Shown piece by piece: positions 44,271-57,041 of a DNA stretch of 64,000 nt (the first letter of the stretch is position 1; the number at the start of each line of letters is the position of its first letter). Location: assembly GCA_020137815.1 (NCBI GenBank), contig CM035357.1:930001-994000 (forward strand). The letters run 5' to 3'. Origin of the DNA: Hormiphora californensis. Taxonomy: Eukaryota; Animalia; Ctenophora. Both the position numbers and the translations under genes were made by a program. Below the pieces are notes generated by a model, which did no database searches, was not told the DNA's origin, and worked only from the letters and a program-made list of their open reading frames with translations.

Positions 44271-45145
44271 CAGTCGGACCCCGATTTAACGGCACCCTCG
44301 GGGAAAGGTTTTGTTCCGTTAAAATCGGGGTGTCCGTTAAATCGGGGTAGAGAATATTTGACCCATAAAACACTATTTTGTCCAAAAAGCTATACAAAAA
44401 CAATCTAAGTGTCAATGCAATGTCCATGTATTGATTACAATATGCTCATTTCTGATTTAGAAAAAGAAAGTAATTTCAAATATTTAAAAAATAAGTTATA
44501 AAAATTTTCTAGGTTGTCATATCAACCACGTCGAATAGTATTGAATCAGCTGCATCGTATCGATGTCTTGTGCTAATTAGACGAACCGATACGTGATACC
44601 ATGCCGAATCGGGGCACTTAAGCGGGGGAGGAAGAATTTGAATTCAAAAGATATTTTCTCTGAAAATTATCATGGGGAGCACCGATCAAAGCATGTGTAC
44701 AATCATTCTGTAAAATTTTTTTTTTGTGCCCCCAAAAAAAGTTATGAAAATTTTTACATAATGTATATCAACCACGTTCGAATCGTGTTTCTGAATCAGT
44801 GCATCTCTATCGCACGTCCTGTCGCTAATTAGACGGTTCGAAACGAACGATACGTGAATCCCCATGAGGCCATATTTAACAAGCGGTCAAATTGCGATTT
44901 CGATGGGCGTATGTGGGATAACATATGTTCGTTTCGACCGCTTAATACCGGCAAGCCAGCAATAAGATGCACCGATTCCAAACACGATTTTGGAGTGTTT
45001 TTCAAAAAAATTCAAAATAAAATTCAAAAAAATCTTCAAAAAAAAAAAATTCGAAAAATTTGGGGAAAATTTATCTGCCGTAAATCGGGGGTGCCGCTAA
45101 ACGCGGGGCGTTTGTTTCTGTTCATTCTTACATCGGGGTCGACTG
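44271..45145. mobile_element. 875-bp non-autonomous pogo/Tigger-like element
   Basis: TA|CAGTCGGACCCCGAT ... ATCGGGGTCGACTG|TA; subterminal CCGTTAAATCGGGG repeats. Confidence 0.75.
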
Positions 45146-47727
45146 TACAGTATGAAAACTGAACTGACATCCAAAAGATGCAAAAAGATTCTCCAGTTAT
45201 GCCATATGGGGGACAGCTAGATGAGAGAGAGAGGGGAGAGAGAGAGACGAGAGAGAGAGAGAGAGAGAGAGGGAGAAGAGAGAGAGAGAGAGAGAGAGAC
45301 GAGAGAGAGACGAGAGAGATGAGAGAGAGAGAAGAGAGGAGGAGAGAGATGCTGAGAGAGAGATTTGATAAGAGAGAGAGAGACGTAACCTGAGAGGAGA
45401 GAGAGAGGACGACAGAGAGATAGGTGGGGGACGAAGGGTGGTTAAGCGGCGAGACGTGACGTCATTTCTAGACGCATCATGTTGAATTTGAGATGTATAC
45501 TATATCATGGATAATCTTTCCAGTTCTTTCTGTTACAGAGATGCTATACTAATGAAAGTGGAAAGTGGAAGTAGTTACATGAAATTGATAGTACTTAGAA
45601 GAAACTAAACCATCCCGTCTATCCAAGCATAATGATCCTCAACTCACTTCCTCGCTGACTCCTAATTTTCTCTCACACCTTTTAGCCACGTCACAAAAAC
45701 ATCATCAAATGGAAGTTAGGAACTATGTCTCTCTCAACTTCGAATTGAGATTCAACCGATCGCACTCCAACGTAACTCGAATGCAGACTAGAGATTCAGG
45801 AGATCTCAAGATCGACCATATGGAGCATCTTTCAGCTCGCATGAGTAGACAGTTTCGATGGATGATAAGCACTACTCGGAATGCTGTGAAGAAGTAGGGG
45901 AGGGCACTGTGAAGTATGCTAGTTAGATGGGACCAATGACTTTGAGCAGATTCCACGAGACTATGTTCATCCCGTAATCGCACGCCGAAGAGGACTGAAA
46001 GGATTTGGTAAATTGAAAGCAATACATCATCGACTGTGTCAAATGAGCATGTATTAGTCTATAAATTATATAACCTATCGAAGTCATACCGAATGATATA
46101 TAGTTAGCTCTAGTGATCATGTGAGGTGATAATGCGCCACAACGACAAATACACGTCAAGGGTAATTGTTGTCACAGATATGGATACCATCTGAGAGATG
46201 CAAATGAAAAGTATAGTGTCAAGATAGAAACACATTCACTGGATGAGTCGATGGTGTAATTAAATTTATTATATAGCGACTACTCAGACGCAGCTGTAAT
46301 TGCCCATTCGTCAAAAAGAAACCTGCATGTACAGATGATTCATTATTTCCGGTGTGAAAAGAATGCTTGGCAAATATGTAGTGTCTTTGGAAAGTGCTGC
46401 ACTACTACTGCAGCAGTGATCTGTAAACCGGGAGGGGGTAATTCTTGAATCTTGAGTCGCTTGACTTCAATTAAGTTTAAAGTCGGTCCAATACAGTGCT
46501 TCGTAATGGGTATTATATGTTCAAAGCAATGCGTTTTTTTACAAAAAAAAACAGCTCTTTAGTGACTTGAGGCTCCAACTAAAATGAATGCAAATGCAAG
46601 CACAGCGAGATTCTAGGCGAGAGAGATTCATGTTATAGTAGTCCAGGGATACAGCTAGGGAGTGAGAAGGCCAGGGAGTAGGGAGTGAGAGAGCTAGGGA
46701 GTGAGCGGGCTCATGGGATTATTCATTGAGTGGGCGGGGAGAGGGGGATATCCAAAGAGAGGGATAGTATCCTGCATCACCTTGAGAGGAGAGATAATGA
46801 GAGGGAGACAAACTTGACCCATAGGAATGGAGGGGAATGAATTGTAAGCCGGTGGATCTTACGATAATTATGATAAGTTATGATATTGATGAATATCGTT
46901 TAAATTGAATTTGGCCGAAATTCAAAAACGTGACTTCTCGGAATTTGGAACTAACCATGAATTAGCCATGAACTGGCCATGATGATACCCCTCAAAAGTT
47001 CCATTTACCGCATGATGGTGACGGTGTAGAATAAACAGCTTTCTCTCTAGGATTCTCTCTCTTCTAGAGCGATAGAGAGAAGAGCGAGCGAGAGCGCGCG
47101 GCGAGATAGGCGCGTCGAGGATAGCTAAGCCTGCGATCTCTCTAGGCGGCTTCTGTGTCTATCCTATAGCGACTATCGAGTCGATCGAGCGAGCTGATCG
47201 CTCTCTCTATCCTCTTCTAATCTCTCTCTCTCTCTCTCTCTCTGTCTCCCTCTCTCTCCTCTCCCTATCTCAAACCTCTCTCTCTGTTTTTCTAGTCAAA
47301 TTAATTGAAGTATTCATTAGAAAACCCCATGAAAAAGACACACACTTGCGTGTTTGAAATATTAACTTAATTACAAGTATTATTTTTAGACTGCCAAGGA
47401 ACTGGAGAAGGTGGATTTGCTTCAATCGACCGTACTGACTGATTTTGGGATTAGTCCACCTGCCCTACTGATTGAGAATAATGGGAAAAGTAAGTTAAGA
47501 TAAGTGTGTTTGTCAGATTACGCGACCCTCGCGGAGCCGCTCCGGCCCGGTGCGAAGAGAGGGTTACGAAAGTAACAAAAGTGTGTGTGACTTTTGAATG
47601 AATGACATATATCGTCGAGACTGCAGCTGTTCCATCACTGTCACCAAGTTTAATTGCGTGAACAGTTTTACAATCACGTAGTATCATGACAATATGCGAC
47701 AGTTCACTCGTTTGCTGTGCAGTGACC

Positions 47728-47784
47728 TTGGTGACATAGACACCTGGCGTGTGCGGGGGTCGCGCCAGGTGTCTATGTCACCAA
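47728..47784. mobile_element. 57-bp hairpin mini element with imperfect 9-bp TSD
   Basis: Perfect stem TTGGTGACATAGACACCTGGCG / CGCCAGGTGTCTATGTCACCAA; flanks GCAGTGACC and GTGGTGACC (7/9 identical). Confidence 0.6.
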
Positions 47785-49331
47785 GTGGTGACCCCAGTCT
47801 CAACTAAACCGAGTCAGACATTACGTTATCATTTATCATAGCGCTGGCAAGCGCCCGGGGCCCAATCCTCCCTCCCCCCAACCATCCTTCCCTTAAAAAT
47901 GTCAATTTTCCAAGCATTCTTGCTTCCATTGAATGGAAAATCGAAATTGCGAAAAATAATTTTTTTGAATTTTTTGAAAATTTTTGAAAATTTTGACAGC
48001 GCTACTATACTTATTGTCTGAAATCGGCGATTTCAACTTAGTTTTAGACAACCTTCTCGTTGTCCTACGAATATGCCGCTTGGTAGTTCGTGTTGCCTTG
48101 ACACCTAGAGCACACGTTCAAAATTTCATGCAAATCGGAGTTACGGTTTTTGCGCTACAGATGGTCGTATTTTAGACAAAATGTCCGTTTTTAGCGTGAC
48201 GAACGACCGTAAAGTAACCACTTTTTTGCGTACACGATGGAGGCCACAATTTTAAAGCTATCACCATGAAACTTTGGGAGTCGGTAGGTCTAGTGGTGTA
48301 CCTTGTATTAAAGCTTGGACAGAGAAAACAGACAGTCGTAACAAAAGTTATGACTGTCTTAAGTTTTGTTTGGCGTTTAAGACGGCCTTCCCGTCGTTCT
48401 ACGAACACGTCGCTTGGTACGTGGTGTTTCCTTGACATCTTGAACACACGTTCGAAATTTCAAGCAAATCCGAATTACGGTTCTTCAGTTACGGGCATCT
48501 GACTGTATTAAGATTTAAGACGATTTTCAAAAAAACCTAGAAATGAGCAAATTAAACTATAAATCATGATTTTATGATTTATATTTTGCCAACGTTGGTC
48601 AACTGCTGTATTTTCAGATATAATTGGTAGTCATATCTAGATTTATGACTGTCTTAAATTTAAGACGATTTAAAAAACACCTAGAAAGAAGGGATTCAGA
48701 GTCTAAATTAACATTGAATCAGATTTATTTTATAAAATTAGGTTTACTGTCGCATTTTCAGTTATAATTGGTAGTCATATCTAGAGTTATGACTGTCTTA
48801 AATATAAGACGATTTTAAAAACATCCGAGAAAAAAGCGAATTAGTACCTAACCTGATTGTATCAGATATACATATCTGATTATCAATATCGTATCCGTGA
48901 TCATTATCCGTGACTAATAATCAAAATCATAGAATAATCGCGGAGAACCAATCGCGGATATAATCAATCGCTGATAACTAATAAATAATAGTAATCGCAC
49001 ATAACTAATCACGATAACTTATCGCAAATAAGTAATTATATGGTAAGTAAGTAGTAACCAATCGCGGGTAGCTAATCGCAGATAGCTAAGATCGCGATAA
49101 CTGATTGCGATATCTTATAACGGATTCCTGATCAGTTATCCGCAATTGGTTGTCTGCGATTACTATCATATTAGTGATTCGCAATTGATACCCGATATTG
49201 GATATCTATATCTGCGATTGTTATGAGGCTACCTACAATTGTAAAAGTCCGTGAATCCCCAATCTGCGTTTATCAAGAATTACAAAATGCATGTCATAGT
49301 ACATAGTATTAATATAACAAAATGCCTGATA

Positions 49332-49771
49332 CTAGATCCAAAAACCAAACAAGTTTGGTGGATAGCCGGGGCCGCAGAAAGTAAAAAACGTGCGAAAGTT
49401 TTGATACATGAACTTTCGGGGCCTGGGGTGCTGTTAAATTCGCGTTTCCATGATAGTCAGCCGTTCTTTCAAAACACACTATGATTCTGTAAACCAGACT
49501 CTGAAACGACCCACTGTGTGCAGTACATTATATATGTGATATTTGTGGATCTGCATATGTATGAAAATGTGTTATATAAATTAATAATGATAATTTGATC
49601 ATTGCAATAGTTTTCCTGGCGTATAGTTTGAAAGTGTTGCTGGTTATGATCATGGAAACGCGAATTTAACAGCACCCCAGGCCCCGAAAGTTCATGTATC
49701 AAAACTTTCGCACGTTTTTTACTTTCTGCGGCCCCGGCTATCCACCAAACTTGTTTGGTTTTTGGATCTAG
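49332..49771. mobile_element. 440-bp MITE with ~120-bp perfect TIRs, TA-flanked
   Basis: TA|CTAGATCCAAAAACCAAAC...TTTCCATGAT is inverted at ~49649-49771|TA. Confidence 0.85.
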
Positions 49772-49936
49772 TAACATTAACAGTTATCATATAATGGTAT
49801 CAATAGTTACATGAAACTGTCTGTAGAATTCTGTTTAACTCCCTGATCATTCCCTATTTAATCAACTAATTAACAACTAATTAGCAACTAATTAACAAAT
49901 AATTAACAACTAATCAACTAATTAATTACAGAGTGG

Positions 49937-52576
49937 ATGCTGCAAACAAAAGAGGAAGGTGAGATTCTTCCCTGGTTGAAAGCTCTGGAGAAGAGTGGTG
50001 TCCAGTGCCTGGAACCTACTGAGACCATCTGTCCCTTGGTGAGATATTGGGGGGGGGGGTGAGGCATGGGGGGGTGAGACATTGGGGGTGAGTGGGGGGG
50101 GGGTGAGGGGGGGGGGTGAGACATTGGGGGTGAGATTCTACCCTGGTTGAAAGCTCTGGAGAAGAGTGGTGTTCAGTGCCTGGAACCTACTGAGGCCATA
50201 TGCCCCTTGGTGAGACATTGGGGGGGGGTGAGACATTGGGGGTGAGGGGGGGGGGGGTTGAGACATTGGGGCCTGGGGGTGAGACATTGGGGGTGAGACA
50301 TTGGGGGGGGGGGTGAGACATTGGGGGGGGGGGGTGAGACATTGGGGGTTGTGAGACATTGGGGGGGGGGTGAGATATTGGGGGTGAGATTCTGCCCTGG
50401 TTGAAAGCTCTGGAGAAGAGTGGCGTCCAGTGTCTGGAACCTACTGAGGCCATCTGTCCCTTGGTGAGACATTGGGGTAGAGCAGGAGACTGTGATAGAG
50501 TGAAATAGATACATATTATTTGGGGTAGAGGGAGATACTATGATACTATCTTGAAAATACAATTCACTGATCAAATAAATCAATGAATTATATTTTCAAG
50601 ATCAGAGTAGACCGAACATTTTTCAAGTGGTTGATTGCATGGTCGTGACCTATAAGTTAGCTTGCTATAACGGTATGTGGCGGCTATGCAGTTGTGCGGT
50701 TCAAGAATGGAATCCCGACGATGCTCACTGCTCACTTGTGACTTGAGAAACTAGAAAACTAAGAAACTATAGAAAAAAGGGGAGCGAATCATCCTACAAA
50801 TCGAGATTGAGAGAATTGCTTTCTTTCTAGCTCTCGCATAATGAAGCAGGCAGGATTCTGAGAAATTCACATTTAGTACTGGAATTCTGCAGTTGCACAA
50901 TTTAAAATGTTGAGAGAATCAGGAAGCCATGCGCACGCATATAATCTAAAAGTTATAATTACCCACATATATGCCTTGGTAATTGTGTAATTAGCGATTG
51001 CAGATTTGCAGCCACTTGCAAGAAAGCTGCTGCAACTGTGAAACACACATGTCAGTGTTTCTACTTTAATAATGTGACAATTCGAGAGAGCCAGATAAAA
51101 CTGTGAATTTTATGTTCATAAAATTTTAATTTTATGATCATAAAATTAATAACTATTTTTGAGCTCTTGGGTAACCACTAACCAGTGGTGGCCGTGGGTG
51201 GCCGTGGGAGGTGTATTCTACGTGTGTTCATGAAATACATAACTACTAAAGTATTAATAACTCAGCTGAGTATTCTAGAATAATATCTATCCTCTAACTA
51301 CCTGCAGGCCCAGAACGCTAAGGATATCTACGGTTTCAACTGTAAGATGATAGATGGAGCACCAGTTAACCTGGACAAATACAAGTAGGTGCAGAGTGTA
51401 CATTGTGTGTCACTTGTTATGGCAAGCTAGTGTACAGGGGGGGACTTCAAAAACCCTCACCCCCTCCTACTCCCTAGGCTCTAGTCTCTCGTCTATAATT
51501 CTCGTCCCGCTAACAGAAGCGAATCATGCGAGAAAGCGCGATGCCTGACAGAGGCTCATAGACTGATCTGAGTGCTGGGCTATCTGCTATATATTACCCC
51601 TCCATCTTTCAAATTATATCAGTCTCTACTTTTAATCTGGCTTAGGTCCAACTTCTAAACCATGTGTTTACTAGCATCTCTGACGTAGATACGAGATTAA
51701 CTGTCAATATCGACCACTACCCAATAGGATAACTGTCACTCTTGTAAGCTCGAGCCATATGCAATTTCAAAATTGAGTAGGAGCATTTTAAAGGGCGCAT
51801 TTCGAGCGACAGGTATATGACAGGTAAGAGCTATAATATAGGTAATAGGTACCGTACTAGGTGGTCTGAGTAATTCATTCATGCTGGGGAGTGGGTCTGA
51901 GCTTTTAGATCGGTGGTAGAAAGAGGAAGCAATGATATATAGGGTTAGTGAAAAGAATGCGAATGAGTGGGAACTGGGAAGTAGATGCCGCTATAACAAA
52001 TAATGATACCGATCTAGTTGAGTAATGAGGGGCCGGGTGGATTACGGCCCCTATTCAACAAATCTAGACCCCACGATTGGGCATAGTCTTCTACAAATAT
52101 CTAGAGAAATCTACAGACACAGCTGCAATACCTGCTAAGAAAGGCTACTATACAAGCGGCGGCCCTATTTTAGGATTGCTGGTAATACGACTACAAGCAG
52201 CACTGTAAGAAAGGGTACAAGCGGGGCCCCTATTTTAGGATTGCTGCTGCAGAAACCATGCAAATGTGTAACCACCATCCCTGACCGCGAGATGAATTGC
52301 TATGAGTCTGTGCTGCTGCAGCAGGGGATTGATGGGAAAGAGATGCATTTCACATATTTTTATACAACTCAAGGAGGCTCTGCGGAGATGGTGAGGGGGG
52401 TCCATTAGGCCTCTAAAAATAGTAACGTCCCATATTAAATCAAAAAAGTTTTCTATTAATAAATGCACCATGCACCATTTGCGAATTCCTTCAAGTTGTT
52501 GAGTAACTAGTTCGAGGAAGCTGAGTGACACCCACGACCTTTTCGTAGTATCGAGATAGAGAGATAGAGAGATAGA

Positions 52577-52630
<54 letters not shown>

Positions 52631-54784
52631 TATAGAGAGAGATAGAGAGGGATATTAGAGAGGGCATGACATCTATATTTGTAATATCACAGCTGGCACC
52701 TGACACATTTCTTAGTGAACTTGAAGACTATTATAATACTCATAACTTAGATAAGTCATAAGACCAAGACCCATGGGCGTCAGCTTGAGATACAAGTTTG
52801 CATGAGCGTCGAGAAGGACAGTTTTATCATAGTCAGTACAAAAGTTGTCTCAGTGCCCTATTCTATGAGCACTACATCTCTCCCTCCCTCTGATACACAC
52901 CCCTCTCCCTCAAGTCTCAACCCCCTCTCCTCTCTCTCTCCTCTCTACACTTCACTACTACTTCACCACTATGTTTCAGGGGTCACGTGGTATTGGTGGT
53001 GAACGTGGCATCCCAATGAGGTCTAACCAATTTGAACTACACACAACTGCAACAAATATACAGCGAGTACGCTGATAAAGGACTGAGAATCCTCGCATTC
53101 CCGTGCAATCAATTCGGGAAACAGGTTAGTGGTGGTATAGAACCGTAGAACTTCATAATACTGAAACAGGTTAGTGGTGTAGAACGCTTTGTAGAACATT
53201 GTTTAGAACATTGTTTAGAACATTGTTTAGAACATTGTTTAGAACATTGTTTAGAACATTGTTTAGAACATTGTATTGATCACTCGCTGATAAGAGTATC
53301 ATTTCTACGATCTTCCTGACAAAATATAAGAAATCCCTCTCATTGAATACTAAATGAGACAACTGCACATGACAACTTACAAGATAAGATGTGTGCGTGA
53401 TACAGATTGCAGACGTATGTGATGTGTAGAAGGGAGGGGTCTTTATTGGATTGGTTTGGGACTGTATAGAAGTGTGAGCACTCACACTACATCAGATACT
53501 ATCAAATATCAATGAACCAAACAAGCAGACGCCAGACCTACACTAAAATCTCAATACTGTCAAAACTAAACTACATTCTGTTCGTGTTTATAAAGGATCT
53601 CAATTGCAATAAGACATGATTCCTGGTAGCGGTTAGCGGTTTAACATCTATACCGGGTAGAGATAACCCACAAGCCTGACGCAATATTATAATCAATAAT
53701 TCAGCCACACAATTAGCCAGTAAAGCACATACCGCACGACACATGTCAAAGCACATACCACAGAACATGTCAAACAGAAATAATACTCGTCGCATAACTC
53801 CAGCTCCCCCCGTTTAATAAGCGTGGCTCCACACGTGCCTTATTTACCCGCTCACCTTCCCATTCTCTTTCTATACATGTCCAAAACACTTAGCCTAACA
53901 TATGAATTAGGTTGCGGTGAGACTTTCAGTCTTGAATTATCGGTAAATGATAATAAAATGAAAACAACAAACCTCAGTTGTAAATTTATTAATCGCTTTC
54001 GGGACTTCGGGAGAGGCTCTAAAAATTGTATATCTATCTGGATACAAACTTTCACGTGGTGTAGGTTCTAGGGAAGAGTTGCGATATATCATGCTAAATT
54101 AATGACGTAATCCTGCCCCTCCCTATTAGAATCAGTAGCTGTCAGAGCATTGCCTGACAGATCGTTATCATGATAATATCCCCCTCCCTTCAGACCCAAA
54201 TTTCTAATACCTATCCTCATCTCTGTAGGAGCCCTCGCCTCCCTTTCCAACTCCCCCTTTATTTCTGTAGGAATCTCATTCTAACCCACAATGCTGTAGT
54301 AGCCCTTATCTAATTCCCCCTCTATTTTTGCAGGAGCCCGGAACGAACGAGGAGATAGTAGAATTTGTTTCCAAATGGGGAGTTACCTTTGATTTCTTCT
54401 CAAAGTGCGATGTTAATGGATGTGATGCTATCCCCCTCTTCCAGGTAGATCAACTTGTTCGAACAATATCTCGTAGCACCAGACCCCGTCGTATTGATTC
54501 TCAAAATCAGATCGGCTCGGTGCCGCCAGACAGTTCAAATGCAAACATGAAAATATACCTACACTTTTGCTAATAACTTGACAGACAATGGTCGATCAGT
54601 GATCACATTTCTCAAACCCCACTATTTTCAGTTCCTCAAAGACCAAGTCAAGGGATCTCTCGGATCTTTGGTTCGCTGGAATTTTGGGAAGTTCCTGATC
54701 GATCGAAATGGGGTTCCTGTGAAGAGATACGAACCAAGTGTTCCACCTCTGACCATCCTCGAGGATATCAAGAAAATTCTCTAA
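49937..54784 (+). CDS. GPX4-like: Selenocysteine glutathione peroxidase, GPx4/PHGPx-like
   Basis: Exons 49937-50038 (inferred first exon), 51308-51384, 52980-53124, 54334-54444, 54632-54784, with consistent phases. [15 protein letters not shown] (TGA at 53017-53019), [29 protein letters not shown]. Confidence 0.92.
49958..50478. repeat. Three ~85-bp copies of an exon end separated by G-rich GTGAGACATTG(n) units
   Basis: GTGAGATTC..CCTGGTTGAAAGCTCTGGAGAAGAGTGG...CCCTTGGTGAGA at ~49960, 50130 and 50385. Confidence 0.9.
53192..53274. repeat. 12-bp tandem repeat (TAGAACATTGTT), ~7 copies
   Basis: Direct inspection. Confidence 0.9.
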
Positions 54785-55037
54785 ATATATAACCAGATTT
54801 ATCTCTCCCGGTGGTGACCACCCTCGACTAGTTGTTACTCAACGACCCTTGAGTGGTTACAAACTTTCGGAAGCTCCTGTTTTTTAATAATGCGATATAT
54901 TTCTCTCAGTTCCAATATACCGTACTGCCTTGTTGCAGTACAAACAGACAATGTGTGTAGTTCACAAACCCGGGTGTTCAGGGGAGGTGGGTTTGGTTTG
55001 CAGTTCCCAGCCCACTCTCCCCTCACCCAAACCTCTC

Positions 55038-55103
55038 GGTCTCTGTCGTTATGACGATGCTACTCCAAACCCTTTGCGGAGAGTGGTATCTGATGGTCGG
55101 ACC
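55038..55103 (+). promoter_or_regulatory. Eukaryotic SECIS element in the GPx 3' UTR
   Basis: ATGA at 55051, helix II GATGCTACTC pairing with GAGTGGTATC, unpaired AAA, small apical stem, TGAT at 55091, lower helix GGTC/GACC; ~270 nt after the stop codon. Confidence 0.88.
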
Positions 55104-56329
55104 ATGTTATGTACAAATTGTTATGTACATTAAATTATAAATGTTTTACGAAAAGATCGTGTATAACTGTGTACACTCATGTGCTTATTAACATATTATG
55201 TGAATATATTATAATGAGACATGATCTGTTGATATGAGCGCGCGTGGTCATGCCGCGCCAAAACAGGGGTCCTTTCATCATAACCACGTTCTCGCGCGTT
55301 ACAGCACAGCTGTTGTAGCGGAGAAATGTCGCATCATGGAGTATTTAAGTAGCCGGATATTTTGGGGTTTAATTGAAGATGGTATAGTCATAAAAGTATA
55401 AGGTTGTCAAACTTAAATCATCTCTCTCTCTCATCTCACCAGAATCTCACAAAAAGTAGTAAAATGTTCATTTTTTTAACACACACAAAATAGTATAAAC
55501 TGCGAATCTCCAGTGAGAAAGCCCATCCTTCTCATCTTCATTTATTTTCTCTTTCTCTCTCACACTCTCCCCCTCATTCTCTCATTCTATCTCACTCTCC
55601 CTTCGTTCTATCTCAATATCCCATCTCTATAATTCTCTCCCCATATTTCACTGTCTACAAATATTCACACACACATATTCCCCCCGCGTGTATAATTCTC
55701 TCATCCTCTCCATAATAGAAGAGAGTGACTCTCTCTTATAGGCTCTCTGAGAGATTCTATAACTCAAATCCTAGTGGATTCTTCTGTTGAAATTCTCTCA
55801 CTTCCGAGAATATGAGTTCACGCCACTGCTCCGGTCGCAAATCCACCTAGAAAAGGGAAGACATTAGATAAGGGGCGATAATACATTTCACGCTGGAAAT
55901 CTTCTGGGATATTATAGTATTCTGGGATATTATAGTATTCCTAGATATGAAATTTACTGAAAAAGAGGAACATATCTTACGTCATCAATGCTGTGGTTAT
56001 ATGTTTCAGGACAGTTAACATTAGCTTCCTCTGGCCGATACCAACATCTCACATAGGGATGCTGTAAACACTCATCTATCGTCTTCCTGTAATGAATGGG
56101 TGTTGTTGGGGTCTTAGTATCAATATTTGGGTGTTGTCAAGTATTGGTCTTAGTATTAATATCTGTCCTTTTTTTTTTTTTTTTTTTTTTGGGTCACTTA
56201 GCCACACGCTGAGCAAACCTCATACCACCCGGGTATGGGTAACTATGGCGCTAAGCTCCCCCCTTTCTCAATTTTGATGAAATGGGGGGAACCTATGGCA
56301 TCAGTCATAAAGTCTGTCGAATTGGGATT

Positions 56330-56557
56330 GTTCTGGAACAAGGTAACATTTTGCCTTTGAGAGAGTCTTGAGTTTGGTTTAGTCTGGAACAAGGTAACAT
56401 TTTGCCTTTGAGAGTGTCTTGAGCCCAGTTTGTTCTGGAGCAAGGTAACGTTTTGCCTTTGAGGGTGTCTTGAGTTTAGTTTGGTCTGGAACAAGGTAAC
56501 ATTTTGCCTCTGCGTGTAACTTGGAGTTAGTCTGGATCGAGGTAACGTTTTGCCTTT
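56330..56557. repeat. ~51-bp tandem repeat, 4-5 copies
   Basis: TCTGGAACAAGGTAACATTTTGCCTTTGAGAG units. Confidence 0.85.
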
Positions 56558-57041
56558 GCGAGTGGGTCTGTTGGTGGCGCTATAGCAAAAAACAGTAAAT
56601 AAAAATATAAATCAAATCTCTCAATCGCCACATCCACTTTTCAAACCCAATGCTACATAATATCATTTAAAATGTGTACACAATAGATGGACAGACAATA
56701 CGGACAGATTGAACTTACAGCATTTTGATGCATGATTGGTACCGTGATGTTGTTGATGATGAGATGAGTGGTGTGTCCACTGTCCATTTTCAGTTGAGAT
56801 AGAGATAAACGAATACGATCAAACACAAATACGGGGTAAGACAGATTGTGACACCACTAGAATGTATAATGTTCTAGAAGACAATGCGGACGGGACTGAT
56901 AAGAACATTTGTTAATTGTTACACGCGATAAGCGACTTAGTGCACCAGAACACAAGGATTGTCTCTGTAGTGTGGTGTTTAGCAATGTCCGCTATATTGG
57001 AGAGGTGGGTGGGGGAGGTGGGTGGGGGGGGGGGGGGGGTA

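Noticed and set aside
47860-49240. Repeat-like region with direct repeats and degenerate TAATCGC units
   Set aside because: Probably transposon-derived, but I could not define termini or a TSD.
49937-50038. Dioxygenase-GPx fusion ([10 protein letters not shown] resembles a BBOX1 segment)
   Set aside because: The match is short, no catalytic dioxygenase exons follow, and the exon has its own ATG and fits as GPx exon 1.
49958-50478. Repeat-spacer array resembling CRISPR
   Set aside because: The intervening sequences are themselves repeats of one G-rich unit; explained as exon-end duplication.
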